From: Flavobacteriales bacterium
Lineage (GTDB): Bacteria; Bacteroidota; Bacteroidia; UBA10329
Assembly (NCBI GenBank): GCA_044356305.1
Contig: JBIKWM010000011.1
Coordinates: 20,567 to 84,566 of the forward strand
Direction of reading: 5' to 3'
DNA length: 64,000 nucleotides
The position numbers and the translations under genes are program-made. Below the pieces are notes generated by a model that was given only the letters and a program-made list of their open reading frames with translations, was not told the DNA's origin and ran no database searches. Below, piece after piece: positions 1 through 9,920 of the stretch (position 1 is its first letter; every line of letters begins with the position of its first letter).

Positions 1-482
1 TATCAAAAGGCTATGCCATGACCGGCTGGAGAATAGGCTACATAGGAGCACCGCTGTGGGTGGCCAAAGCCTGCGACAAGATGCAGGGCCAGTTCACATC
101 GGGGGCCAACAGCATTGCACAGCGGGCATCCATTGTGGCGGTGAGCACGCCCAAGGCCGATCTTTTGCCCATGGTGGATATTTTCCGCAAAAGGCGCGAC
201 CTGGTGGTGGCCCTGTTCACTGATATTCCCGGTATGCGTGTGAATGTGCCCGATGGCGCCTTTTATCTTTTCCCCGATGTAAGTGCCCTGCTGGGCCGCA
301 CCTACCGCGGACATGTGGTGAACACCTCTTACGACCTGTGCATGTACCTGCTTGAAGTGGGTCATGTGGCCATGGTGAGCGGTGATGCGTTCGGTGCTCC
401 GGAATGTGTGCGCATCAGCTACGCCACCAGCGAGGACCAGCTGCGCGAGGCAGCAAGAAGGATCAAAGAGGCACTTGCGTAG
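1..482 (+). CDS. PLP-dependent class I/II (aspartate-type) aminotransferase, C-terminal part, 5' truncated by window edge
   Basis: Frame from position 3 reads SKGYAMTGWRIGY (PLP lysine motif), followed by PDGAFYLF and VRISYA. Confidence 0.9.
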   Translation, partial: SKGYAMTGWRIGYIGAPLWVAKACDKMQGQFTSGANSIAQRASIVAVSTPKADLLPMVDIFRKRRDLVVALFTDIPGMRVNVPDGAFYLFPDVSALLGRTYRGHVVNTSYDLCMYLLEVGHVAMVSGDAFGAPECVRISYATSEDQLREAARRIKEALA

Positions 483-519
483 AATAGCGGCAGAATAACG
501 AGATTTGCCGCCCCGAAAA

Positions 520-591
520 GCCTCCTTAGCTCAGCGGTAGAGCAGCTGATTCGTAATCAGCAGGTCGCGGGTTCAAATCCCGTGGGGGGCT
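520..591 (+). tRNA. tRNA-Thr(CGT)
   Basis: GCCTCCT/GGGGGGC acceptor stem; TAGCTCAGCGGTAGAGC D arm; GCTGA-TTCGTAA-TCAGC anticodon arm; GGTTCAAATCC T loop; CCA not encoded. Confidence 0.95.
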
Positions 592-600
592 CTGTCACAA

Positions 601-645
601 ACGGGCCGCTGTCCGAGGTTTCGGGCAGCGGCTCGTCCGCTTTTC
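601..645 (+). terminator. Putative intrinsic terminator after the tRNA
   Basis: Hairpin ACGGGCCGCTGTCCGA/TCGGGCAGCGGCTCGT followed by a short T run. Confidence 0.5.
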
Positions 646-883
646 AGAGGAATTCTCATCCATGTCACATTCCAGATGATGACCTGTACCGATCGCACTT
701 TGATTCGCATACCTCGGTTGGCCCCAATCTCATTTTTACAGGGAACTGAAATGGTCAATGAATGAGCAGACAAACCGGTACCTGATACCCGAACATCCGA
801 AAACCCGATTGATCGCTATCCTTTGACTCATTGAACTACTGGCATCTATCAGCCCTTTAGCCACCGCCCTACCTTCGTCCGCA

Positions 884-1882
884 ATGTCGCGCCCTTATCT
901 ATTGCCGTTGGTCCCGCTCTACTCCTTGGCGGTCGCACTGCGCAATACAGTTTATGAGCTTGGGCTGATGAAGGCGGTAAGATCGCCAGTGCCTACCGTA
1001 TGTGTGGGCAACATGGAGGCCGGGGGCACAGGCAAGACCCCACATGTGGAACTCCTCATTGAACTCCTGAGCCAGAAATGGAAAGTGGCGATACTGAGCC
1101 GCGGGTATGGCCGCATCTCCAAGGGCTTCAGGTGGGTGAATGTGCAAGATGACGCCATGGCATGTGGCGATGAGCCACTTTTGATCAAGCGCCACTATCC
1201 GGACATTCCTGTAGCTGTTTGCGAGGACCGCCCCAAAGGCTGTATCAACATGGCCAACGAGATGCCAAGTCTGGATCTGATCATACTGGACGATGCCTTT
1301 CAGCATCGGGCGCTGCGCTGTGATCTGAACATTCTTGTGACACGGGCTTCGCAACCGTTCTGGAAACAGACCATGCTGCCTGCCGGAGACCTGCGCGAGC
1401 CGATCAATGGCGTGGCAAGGGCCGATGCCCTGATCATTTCGGGCGGGACAGGTGGTCTAGACATCCCCGAAGGGATAAGGAAGAAACTGAATGGCCCTGT
1501 GCTGCACAGCCACATGGTGCAAGGCAGTCCGGTAGATGTATCGGGCAAACCGTGGGCATGTACAGAAGCGGTGGTTTTCTGCGGAATCGCCAATCCACAG
1601 CGGTTTGTAGAGGCGGCAAAGGCGCAGGTGAAAGTGCGGGCGGTGCACACCTTTAGCGACCATCACCCCTACTCCTCCACAGAGATAGAGCGCCTCGTGA
1701 CCGAAATGGATAGCTTTGGCCCTGCCTGCGGGCTGCTGACCACCGCCAAAGACCTGGCCCGTATCAGCAGGCCTTGGCCCGACCCGACCCGCGTGGCACA
1801 TTTGCCCATAAAAGCCGAAATGGCGACTGAAGAGAGAATCAAAATCATTGAACTGATAGAGAAAAAATGCTTGAGCAGATAA
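884..1882 (+). CDS. lpxK: Tetraacyldisaccharide 4'-kinase
   Basis: Motifs VGN..GGTGKTP, LSRGYGR, GDEP, ILDDAFQHR, LPAGDLREP and FSDHH. Confidence 0.95.
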   Translation: MSRPYLLPLVPLYSLAVALRNTVYELGLMKAVRSPVPTVCVGNMEAGGTGKTPHVELLIELLSQKWKVAILSRGYGRISKGFRWVNVQDDAMACGDEPLLIKRHYPDIPVAVCEDRPKGCINMANEMPSLDLIILDDAFQHRALRCDLNILVTRASQPFWKQTMLPAGDLREPINGVARADALIISGGTGGLDIPEGIRKKLNGPVLHSHMVQGSPVDVSGKPWACTEAVVFCGIANPQRFVEAAKAQVKVRAVHTFSDHHPYSSTEIERLVTEMDSFGPACGLLTTAKDLARISRPWPDPTRVAHLPIKAEMATEERIKIIELIEKKCLSR

Positions 1883-2682
1883 AAGACACCGCCCGGTTCC
1901 TTAAAGATCAGACCGGTTTCGGTGGACGTGTCGGCATCATCCTCGGCACCGGGCTGGGCGGTCTGGCGAACGAGATAAAGGCCACGCACAGCATACCATA
2001 CGAGCAGATACCCAATTTTCCGCTCTCGACCGTTGAGGGCCACAGCGGCCGCCTCATATTCGGCACATTGGGCAGTTGCAGTGTGGTGGCCATGCAGGGC
2101 CGGTTCCACTACTACGAGGGCTACGACATGAAACAGTGCACCTTTCCCGTGCGTGTCATGCGTCAGATGGGTGTTGACACCCTCATTGTCAGCAATGCAA
2201 GCGGGGGGGTAAATCCTGATTTTGAGATCGGAGAGCTGATGATTCTCAACGATCATATAAACCTGTTCCCCACCAATCCGCTCATAGGCCGCAATCTGCC
2301 CGAACTCGGAGTGCGTTTTCCCGATATGAGCGATGTGTATGATGCCGGCTTGCGCCAAAAGGCAAAGGAGATAGCCGCCCGTAACGGCATCAAAGTGAGC
2401 GAGGGCGTGTACCTCGGCCTCAGTGGGCCCTGCCTGGAAACCCCTGCCGAATACCGCATGGTGCGCATTCTGGGTGCCGATGCTGTGGGCATGAGCACCG
2501 TGCCCGAAGCCATTGTGGCCCGCCATGCAGGCATGAGAGTATTCGCCATCTCCATTGTCACCGACCTCGGTGTGCCAGGCCGCATAGTGAAGGTGACACA
2601 CCAGGATGTGATAGAAGTGGCCAGCCGACAGGAACCCAAGATGACCCTGATAATGAAAGAACTTGTGGGGAGCATGGTCTGA
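1867..2682 (+). CDS. Purine-nucleoside phosphorylase (PNP I family)
   Basis: Motifs ILGTGLG, STVEGHSG, MQGRFHYYEGY, GPCLETPAE and GADAVGMSTVPE. Confidence 0.95.
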   Translation: MLEQIKDTARFLKDQTGFGGRVGIILGTGLGGLANEIKATHSIPYEQIPNFPLSTVEGHSGRLIFGTLGSCSVVAMQGRFHYYEGYDMKQCTFPVRVMRQMGVDTLIVSNASGGVNPDFEIGELMILNDHINLFPTNPLIGRNLPELGVRFPDMSDVYDAGLRQKAKEIAARNGIKVSEGVYLGLSGPCLETPAEYRMVRILGADAVGMSTVPEAIVARHAGMRVFAISIVTDLGVPGRIVKVTHQDVIEVASRQEPKMTLIMKELVGSMV

Positions 2683-2801
2683 GGCAGGAAGCCATCACAA
2701 AAGGGGCGCAATGCGGAATCAATTGCCCATTGAACCCATGGTTGACATTAAACCCAGAGCAGTATTTACGGCCCTCGAAGTTCGGATCAGCAACAGCTTT
2801 G

Positions 2802-4241
2802 ATGCGGGTTAAAAAACTACACGTGTTCATGATAGGCTCGTACCTGGGTCCGTTCATGCTCACGTTCCTTATCTCGCTGTTCATCCTGCTGATGCAGTTC
2901 CTGTGGAAGTACATCGATGAGCTTGTGGGTAAGGGCCTCGAATGGCATGTGATAGCCGAGTTGCTGTTCTATGCCTCGGCCAGCCTGGTGGCCATGGCAC
3001 TGCCGCTTGCAGTGCTCGTCAGCAGCATCATGACCTTCGGCAATCTTGGCGAGCACTACGAACTTGTGGCGCTCCGCTCATCGGGCATATCGCTATGGCG
3101 AATCATGAGTCCGCTCATTGTGCTCACCGGGCTGCTGAGCGTCATGGCGTTCTATTTCTCTAACAACCTGTTGCCCATAGCCAACCTCAAGATGGGCACA
3201 TTGCTCTACGACATACGGCACCAGAAACCCACCATGAACCTGCGGCCGGGCATCTTTTACCGCGACATAGAGGGGTTTGCCATCCGCGTGGCCAGCAAAG
3301 GCGAGGACGAGCGTCAATTGTACAAGGTGCTGATCTATGATCACACCAAGAACAACGGCAACATGAAGGTGATAACGGCCGATAGCGCACGCATGGAGTT
3401 TGTAGGTGGCGACCGTTACCTGCAGATGACCCTGTGGCACGGAGTGATGTACGAGCAGATGGAGAACCGCGAGCGCGAGTCGGCCAGCTACCCGCACACT
3501 CGGCAGGAGTTCAGTAGCGACATCATCCGGTTCGACCTCTCGGGATTCGAGCTCACCCGCAGCAACGAGGAAGTGTTCAAGGACAACTACAAGATGCAGA
3601 GCCTCGGCCAGTTGAGCCACAACATCGATACGTTGCAGATCAGGCTTGATGAGCGCAAAGGCGAAATGGCCAAGAACCTGAACCGCAATTTCAAGTTTCT
3701 TGCACTCAATATCGATTCGATAAAAAGCAATGAATACATGCCAGTCAATCTGTTGCAGATGTTCAGCACCGGTCAGCGACCAAAAGTGGCCGAGGCCGCA
3801 CTGAACATGGCCCGCAGCTCAAAGGCTTATGTACGGTCGGCCACCGAGGACCAATGGGCCCGCGGCAACCGGATAAACCGATACCAGATTGAGGTGCACC
3901 GCAAGTTCACGCTCAGCATAGCGTGCATCATCCTGTTCTTTATCGGGGCACCATTGGGGGCCATCATCCGCAAAGGCGGGCTGGGCCTGCCCGTAGTGGT
4001 GAGTATCGTGTTCTTTCTCATTTACTACGTCATATCCATCACAGGCGAGAAGTTCGCCAAAGAAGGACTGTGGCCCGTTTGGAAAGGCATGTGGATGTCG
4101 AGCCTCGTGCTATTGCCCATCGGCATGTGGCTCACCTACAAGGCCACCACCGATTCGAGCCTGTTCAACCTCGATGCCTACACCGCGCCCATCCGCGCTT
4201 TGGCCGAGCGATTGCGCCACCGTCTGGGTCTCGACCGATGA
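2802..4241 (+). CDS. LptF/LptG family LPS export permease
   Basis: Three N-terminal and three C-terminal TM helices; ELVALRSSGIS; GAPLGAIIRKGG; ATG 2802 chosen over the upstream TTG. Confidence 0.9.
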   Translation: MRVKKLHVFMIGSYLGPFMLTFLISLFILLMQFLWKYIDELVGKGLEWHVIAELLFYASASLVAMALPLAVLVSSIMTFGNLGEHYELVALRSSGISLWRIMSPLIVLTGLLSVMAFYFSNNLLPIANLKMGTLLYDIRHQKPTMNLRPGIFYRDIEGFAIRVASKGEDERQLYKVLIYDHTKNNGNMKVITADSARMEFVGGDRYLQMTLWHGVMYEQMENRERESASYPHTRQEFSSDIIRFDLSGFELTRSNEEVFKDNYKMQSLGQLSHNIDTLQIRLDERKGEMAKNLNRNFKFLALNIDSIKSNEYMPVNLLQMFSTGQRPKVAEAALNMARSSKAYVRSATEDQWARGNRINRYQIEVHRKFTLSIACIILFFIGAPLGAIIRKGGLGLPVVVSIVFFLIYYVISITGEKFAKEGLWPVWKGMWMSSLVLLPIGMWLTYKATTDSSLFNLDAYTAPIRALAERLRHRLGLDR

Positions 4242-5437
4242 GGATACTGCAACTGTGCAACAAGCCCCCCTACCCTGCCATTGATGGCGGGTGCCGCGCC
4301 ATGGCCGAGGTGACCGAGGGCCTGTTGGCCTGTGGCGACCACGTTCGGGTGGCCTGCATCGGCACACACAAACACCCTTACAACCCTCAGGACTGGCCCA
4401 CTGCCACCCTTGCGGCAACCAATCCCATCCACGTTCCGGTTGATACCGGATTGAGCGCCATCAGGGCATTCATGAGTCTTTTGGGCGATGGGTCGTACCA
4501 CCTCGAGCGGTTCGACTCGGCTGCCATGCATGCGGCTTTAGCAGGTGTTCTGCAGAAAGAGGATTTCGATGTGATCCATCTCGAGAGCCTGTTTGTAACG
4601 CCCTACATACCCACCATCCGCAGGCATAGCAGCGCACGCATAGTGCTCAGGGCGCACAACGTGGAGCATCAGCTATGGCAGCGGTTGGCGGCCAACGAGA
4701 CATCGCCTGTCAAAAGGGGATATCTGCGCATATTGGCCCAAAGGCTTAAAAAGGCCGAGGCCGAGGCCCTGCAGATGGTCGATGCGGTGGTGGCCATCAC
4801 TCAGAATGACCTTGAAGCGCTCAAGGCCCTCTACCCTATTGCCAATGGCCATGTGCTGCCCATGACCATGGTACCGCCTGCTTCCGTTCCGCTGCTCCGG
4901 ACTCCCCTCACCGCCTTTCATCTGGGCAGTATGGATTGGATGCCCAATGCCGAGGGGATACGTTGGTTCGTCAAAGAAGTGTGGCCCCTGGCACAGGCCC
5001 AGCAGCCAGAAATGAAATGCCGGCTTGCTGGCCGCAACATGCCCCACGACCTAACATCGGACCTCAGTGTCGGATTAGATATTGTGGGCGAAGTGAATGA
5101 TGCACAGGCCTTCATGCTATCGAATGCCATTCTTGTTCTGCCGCTGCTGTCGGGTGGCGGAATGCGTGTGAAACTGGTTGAGGCCATGATGCTGGGCCGG
5201 GCCGTGGTGACCACAACCTTGGGCATGGAAGGGGTGCCTGCCGTGCATGGCGAGCACCTGCTAGTGGCCGATACACCGCAGACCCTGGCCGATGCACTGG
5301 TGATGCTTTACCGTGACCCTGACCTGACACAGCGCCTCGCCACGGCCGGGCGCGAGCTGGCCCTAGCGCATTTTGGCCGCGATGCCGCCATGCAGCGCCT
5401 AAGGTACTTTTACGGCCAGCCCACTGCGGCCCAATGA
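4238..5437 (+). CDS. Glycosyltransferase family 4
   Basis: Starts MRILQLCNKPPYP at an ATGA overlap with the previous stop; motifs HNVE, GSMDWMPN and GGGMRVKLVEAM. Confidence 0.9.
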   Translation: MRILQLCNKPPYPAIDGGCRAMAEVTEGLLACGDHVRVACIGTHKHPYNPQDWPTATLAATNPIHVPVDTGLSAIRAFMSLLGDGSYHLERFDSAAMHAALAGVLQKEDFDVIHLESLFVTPYIPTIRRHSSARIVLRAHNVEHQLWQRLAANETSPVKRGYLRILAQRLKKAEAEALQMVDAVVAITQNDLEALKALYPIANGHVLPMTMVPPASVPLLRTPLTAFHLGSMDWMPNAEGIRWFVKEVWPLAQAQQPEMKCRLAGRNMPHDLTSDLSVGLDIVGEVNDAQAFMLSNAILVLPLLSGGGMRVKLVEAMMLGRAVVTTTLGMEGVPAVHGEHLLVADTPQTLADALVMLYRDPDLTQRLATAGRELALAHFGRDAAMQRLRYFYGQPTAAQ

Positions 5438-6621
5438 CCTCTCGCCTGCGCATCCTTGTTCTGCTGCCGCGTTTCCCTTTTCCGCTAGAAAAGGGCGATA
5501 AACTGCGGGCATTTCACCAACTGCGGGTGCTGGCGCAAAGGCATGAGGTGCATCTGTGCGCTTTCAACGAAGGGCCGGTGACCGATGAACAGACAAAAGC
5601 ACTGGCCGGCATCTGCACATCGGTGCTGTGCATCCCGTACAACAGGACCAGTCTGGCCCTGAACATGGCCGAGGGTGTGCTGCACGGACTTCCCCTTTCG
5701 GTAGCGTACTTCTACAACAGGCGCATGGCCGAGATAGTACGCGAGCTGAAGGACACCATAAAGCCCGATGTGCTGTATTGCCAACTGGCGCGCACTGCTG
5801 AGTACGCCCGTACGTTGGGCCCTATTCCCAAGGTGATAGACTTTCAGGATGCCTTTGCCAAAGGGGCCGAACGCCTGATGCGCAGCGGCCCCATGCTGAT
5901 GCGGCCCGTGTATGCATTGGAACACCTGCGCCTTTCGAAATACGAGCAGGAGGTGTTCGGAATGTTCGATGGTCATACCGTGATATCGGCACAGGACCGG
6001 GACCTGCTCAGTATTGTGCAGAGACACCTGGTGGAAGTGGTGCCCAACGGGGTTGACATGGAGCACTATTCGCCCAGCTCCTTGCCCAAGGATGTGGATG
6101 TGCTGTTTGCCGGAAACATGGGCTATCCGCCCAATGTGCGGGCCGCAGAGGTGCTGGCCAATGAGGTGATGCCCCTTGTGCGCGCCAAGGTGCCCGATGC
6201 CAGACTGGTGCTGGCCGGTGCGCGTCCCGACAGGGCGGTGAAAGCACTTGAGGGCCGCCTTACAGAAGTGACCGGTTTTGTGCCCGACCTGCGCGACCAA
6301 TATGCCCGGGCCAAAGTGTTTGTGGCGCCCATGCAGATAGGCACCGGGCTACAGAACAAGCTGCTTGAAGCCATGAGCATGGCCATACCATGTGTCACCA
6401 CCCCTTTGGCCAACAATGCCATAGGAGCTGTGGCCGATAAGGAGGTGATCCTTGCCGAGCGACCGAAGGAGCTTGCCCAAGCCACAGTAGAGATGCTGAC
6501 CGACACCGCACGTGCCCACCAGATCGGGGTGGCCGGCATGGAGATGGTGCGCGCCCGATACAGTTGGGAGGCCGCCACCCTTCCGCTGGAAGATCTGCTG
6601 GTAGCGGTGGCCGCGAGTTGA
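5434..6621 (+). CDS. Glycosyltransferase family 4
   Basis: Motifs RFPFPLEKGDK, VPNGVD, GNMGYPPN and GTGLQNKLLEAM. Confidence 0.9.
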   Translation: MTSRLRILVLLPRFPFPLEKGDKLRAFHQLRVLAQRHEVHLCAFNEGPVTDEQTKALAGICTSVLCIPYNRTSLALNMAEGVLHGLPLSVAYFYNRRMAEIVRELKDTIKPDVLYCQLARTAEYARTLGPIPKVIDFQDAFAKGAERLMRSGPMLMRPVYALEHLRLSKYEQEVFGMFDGHTVISAQDRDLLSIVQRHLVEVVPNGVDMEHYSPSSLPKDVDVLFAGNMGYPPNVRAAEVLANEVMPLVRAKVPDARLVLAGARPDRAVKALEGRLTEVTGFVPDLRDQYARAKVFVAPMQIGTGLQNKLLEAMSMAIPCVTTPLANNAIGAVADKEVILAERPKELAQATVEMLTDTARAHQIGVAGMEMVRARYSWEAATLPLEDLLVAVAAS

Positions 6622-6638
6622 CCCGATACCTTTGCCGC

Positions 6639-7214
6639 ATGCTGCGCCAGTGCATCGTCCTCTCTTTAATTCTCGGACCGATATGGGCCATGGCCCAACC
6701 AGTGATGGAAGGATACTCGGTCTATTCCATTGACCGCAATACCCGTGTGAGTGTGCGCACCCGGCAGAACAGGACATTCGTCATAGACAAGCATGGGGAC
6801 ACCACCTGCGTGATCCCGGTTGCGCTGAAAGGAAGTGTGGCCGTATCGAAAGACGGTCGCACCATAGCTGAATGGGTGGCTGAAGGCGACACCGCACGGC
6901 TGCGCAGGCCCCGCCTCACCTTTTACCGCCAATGCAAGGAGGCACTGGTCACCTATACCGACCCATCCATTGCCAATGAAATGGCCCGCTGGGGCGGCAA
7001 GGGGTTCCTGCGCAACGACAGCCTCTATCATCAAATGGCGAAAAATCCATTTTTCCTGGATGGTGAAAAGCTCTTTTTGGGAATGGAGGACGGCACCATG
7101 GCCGTGTTCGACATGAAAAACCTGCAGGTGGTGTTTGCCGGATCGGGGGCCAATCATTTCAAACAGAACTATTTCTCCATCCCTGCACGGCCGCATTCTG
7201 AGCCCAGACCGTGA
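6639..7214 (+). CDS. Hypothetical exported protein
   Basis: Signal-peptide-like start ending AMA-Q; TACCTTTG promoter element 4 nt upstream of the ATG. Confidence 0.65.
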   Translation: MLRQCIVLSLILGPIWAMAQPVMEGYSVYSIDRNTRVSVRTRQNRTFVIDKHGDTTCVIPVALKGSVAVSKDGRTIAEWVAEGDTARLRRPRLTFYRQCKEALVTYTDPSIANEMARWGGKGFLRNDSLYHQMAKNPFFLDGEKLFLGMEDGTMAVFDMKNLQVVFAGSGANHFKQNYFSIPARPHSEPRP

Positions 7215-7356
7215 AGGGTGCCACGGACGGGGATCAGCATCCCTGTCTGTAGGTGCAAGATCTATCGAGGTGTGTTGATAGTGGTCTGATGACGCTATGC
7301 CCTGTAGTGATGCACGCAGGTGGCTCCCAGCATTTATAAGTTACTTCGCGGCCACA

Positions 7357-8670
7357 ATGAGGGCCCGTAGCGCAAAAAAGAACAAGATAAATGTGGTGAC
7401 ACTCGGATGCTCGAAGAACATCTTCGACAGCGAGGTGCTGATGGGCCAGTTGCAGGCCAATGGCATGGAGGCCACACACGAGAGCGAGCAGGACGATGCC
7501 CGTGTGGTGGTGATCAACACGTGCGGGTTCATCGACAACGCCAAGCAGGAGAGCATCGATACCATTCTGCGCTTTGCCGAGGCCAAGAAACAGGGCCATG
7601 TGGAAAAGGTGTTTGTGACCGGATGCCTGTCTGAACGCTACAGGGACGACCTGCGCACCGAGATACCGGACATTGACTCATGGTTCGGCACGCGCGACCT
7701 TCCGCTGCTGCTAAAGGCCCTCGGAGCCGATTACAGACACGAGCTGGTGGGCGAACGGCTGCTGACCACCCCCACCCACTACGCTTATTTCAAGATCAGC
7801 GAAGGCTGTGACCGGCCGTGTTCATTCTGCGCCATACCGCTCATGCGCGGGGGGCACCGGTCGACCCCCATAGAAGAACTGGTGGCCAACGCCAAGGGCC
7901 TGGCTGCCAAGGGTGTGAAAGAGCTGATGGTGATAGCCCAGGACAGCACCTACTACGGCCTTGACCTCTATGGCAAAAGGCGCCTGGCTGACCTACTCAA
8001 GGCCCTGTGCGAGGTGGACGGCATTGAGTGGATCAGGCTGCACTACGCTTTCCCGGCCGGATTTCCGGAGGATGTGCTGGATGTGATGGCCCGCGAGCCG
8101 AAGATCTGCAAGTACCTCGACATGCCCCTCCAGCACATTGCCGACCCGATCCTGAAAAGCATGCGCAGGGGCACCACCCGCGAAAAGACCGACCGCCTGA
8201 TAGCCACCATACGCGAAAAGGTTCCCGGCATTGCGCTGCGCACCACACTCATAGCCGGTTATCCGGGCGAGACCCAGGCCGACTTCAATGAACTGAAACA
8301 ATGGGTGAAGGCCATGCGGTTTGACCGGCTTGGCGTATTCGCCTATTCGCACGAGGAGAACACCCACGCCCACAGCCTAAAGGACAATGTGCCCGCCCGG
8401 ACCAAGAAACAACGGGTGGCCGAGGTGATGGAGCTGCAGAGTGCTATTTCGCAGGAACTGAACAGCCAAAAGGTGGGCACCCGCCAGCGGGTACTGATAG
8501 ACCGCAAGGTGGGCGACCACTACATAGGCCGCACCCAGCACGACAGCCCAGAGGTGGACAACGAGGTGCACATAGATGCCGCCAGTGGCTACCTGCGTGC
8601 AGGCGACTTTGCCGATGTGGAGATAACCGGGGCCGATATGTATGACCTGACGGCTATAGTACTGACCTGA
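7357..8670 (+). CDS. rimO: Ribosomal protein S12 methylthiotransferase
   Basis: LGCSKN.DSE, NTCGFI, radical SAM CDRPCSFC, C-terminal TRAM domain with SPEVD. Confidence 0.95.
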   Translation: MRARSAKKNKINVVTLGCSKNIFDSEVLMGQLQANGMEATHESEQDDARVVVINTCGFIDNAKQESIDTILRFAEAKKQGHVEKVFVTGCLSERYRDDLRTEIPDIDSWFGTRDLPLLLKALGADYRHELVGERLLTTPTHYAYFKISEGCDRPCSFCAIPLMRGGHRSTPIEELVANAKGLAAKGVKELMVIAQDSTYYGLDLYGKRRLADLLKALCEVDGIEWIRLHYAFPAGFPEDVLDVMAREPKICKYLDMPLQHIADPILKSMRRGTTREKTDRLIATIREKVPGIALRTTLIAGYPGETQADFNELKQWVKAMRFDRLGVFAYSHEENTHAHSLKDNVPARTKKQRVAEVMELQSAISQELNSQKVGTRQRVLIDRKVGDHYIGRTQHDSPEVDNEVHIDAASGYLRAGDFADVEITGADMYDLTAIVLT

Positions 8671-8971
8671 AGAACATCGGTGGTCCTGATGGGAGTGATG
8701 CCAAGTGCGGCAATTGCTCAGGACCAATCAGTTTTCAATGCGGGATCAGACAGGGAGCCGGTACCAGAGACCCGGGAAGAGGAAGGTATTATGTGCTGCG
8801 CGGGCACAATTCAACGGGATAGAGCTCATTAGAACCATGAGCCTGACGCAGCAGGTCGGGATGTCGGTAATGGGAGATTTCCGCAAAGCGAGATAAGAGA
8901 AAGAGACGATGTGCCAGCATGATACGGGCGATGCCCCTAACAGCAAAGATCCGTTGCCCTACCTTTCGCCC

Positions 8972-9538
8972 ATGACCAATAAAGACCGAGAGACCGCGCG
9001 CGTCACCTTGCACATGGTGATGAGTGTGGACGGCCTGATAGCCCGGCCCGATAACAGCATTGAGTGGTTCAACAGCTCATCGGAGTTTGCAGAGGGTGTG
9101 CCGGTGCCTGAACTGCCTGATCTGGAGGAAGCGGCCGACTGCTATGTGATGGGATCGCGCACTTACGAGCATGCCAGCCATCTGGCCAAGGAACATGGCT
9201 GGCCCTATGGCGAGGTGCCTACCTACGTGCTGAGTGCCCGGCCCTTGCCTGTAGACCGCGAAAGCGTGAGGCTCTGGCCTGGCGACCTTTTGCAGCTGAT
9301 GCAGGAACTGAAGGGACAGCAATACAGGAATGTGTGGGTGGTAGGAGGGGCCTCGGTGGTGAGTGCATTCCTCCGGGAAGGTCTGGCACATGAACTGAGG
9401 CTGGTGGTACTGCCCATCGTATTGGGACAGGGCCTCCCGTTCTTCTCATCCCTGAACAAGGAATATCCCCTTCAACTGCTGAACTGCACGGCCTACCGTA
9501 ACGGCATGATTGAGCTGCGGTATGCCATAGATCAATAA
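8972..9538 (+). CDS. Dihydrofolate reductase-like / RibD C-terminal domain protein
   Basis: Motifs MSVDGLIA, MGSRTYE, VWVVGGA and PIVLGQGLPFF. Confidence 0.85.
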   Translation: MTNKDRETARVTLHMVMSVDGLIARPDNSIEWFNSSSEFAEGVPVPELPDLEEAADCYVMGSRTYEHASHLAKEHGWPYGEVPTYVLSARPLPVDRESVRLWPGDLLQLMQELKGQQYRNVWVVGGASVVSAFLREGLAHELRLVVLPIVLGQGLPFFSSLNKEYPLQLLNCTAYRNGMIELRYAIDQ

Positions 9539-9555
9539 CATTTTCAGTTACCCCA

Positions 9556-9903
9556 ATGAACAATGAGAAGGTATTCGCCTACACATTCGCCAGCATATAT
9601 GCCCTGTATGTGAACAAGGTGGAGCGCAAGGGCCGCACCCGGGCCGAGCTCGATGCGGTGTTGTGCTGGTTGACAGGCCACACGGCACCATCGCTGCAGG
9701 CTGAGATAGACGGCACACACGACCTGCGCACCTTTTTTGCCACCGCACCCCGGTTGCACCCCGACAGTCACCTGATCAAGGGCATGATCTGCGGCTATCG
9801 CATTGAAGAGATTACCGATCCGCTCATGCAGCGCATCCGTCAGATGGACAAGCTGGTGGACGAGCTGGCCAAAGGAAGGGCTGTGGAGAAGATCATGCGC
9901 TGA
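9556..9903 (+). CDS. DUF2200-like conserved protein
   Basis: KVERKGRT..E, WLTG, I.G.ICGYRIEEI.DPLM..IR.MDKLVDELAKG; family recalled, not searched. Confidence 0.8.
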   Translation: MNNEKVFAYTFASIYALYVNKVERKGRTRAELDAVLCWLTGHTAPSLQAEIDGTHDLRTFFATAPRLHPDSHLIKGMICGYRIEEITDPLMQRIRQMDKLVDELAKGRAVEKIMR

Positions 9904-9920
9904 AAGGCCCAACGGAGGCC

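Noticed and set aside
520-880. tRNA-Thr as an island integration site
   Set aside because: No integrase follows it, and no duplicated tRNA 3' end was noticed in the window.
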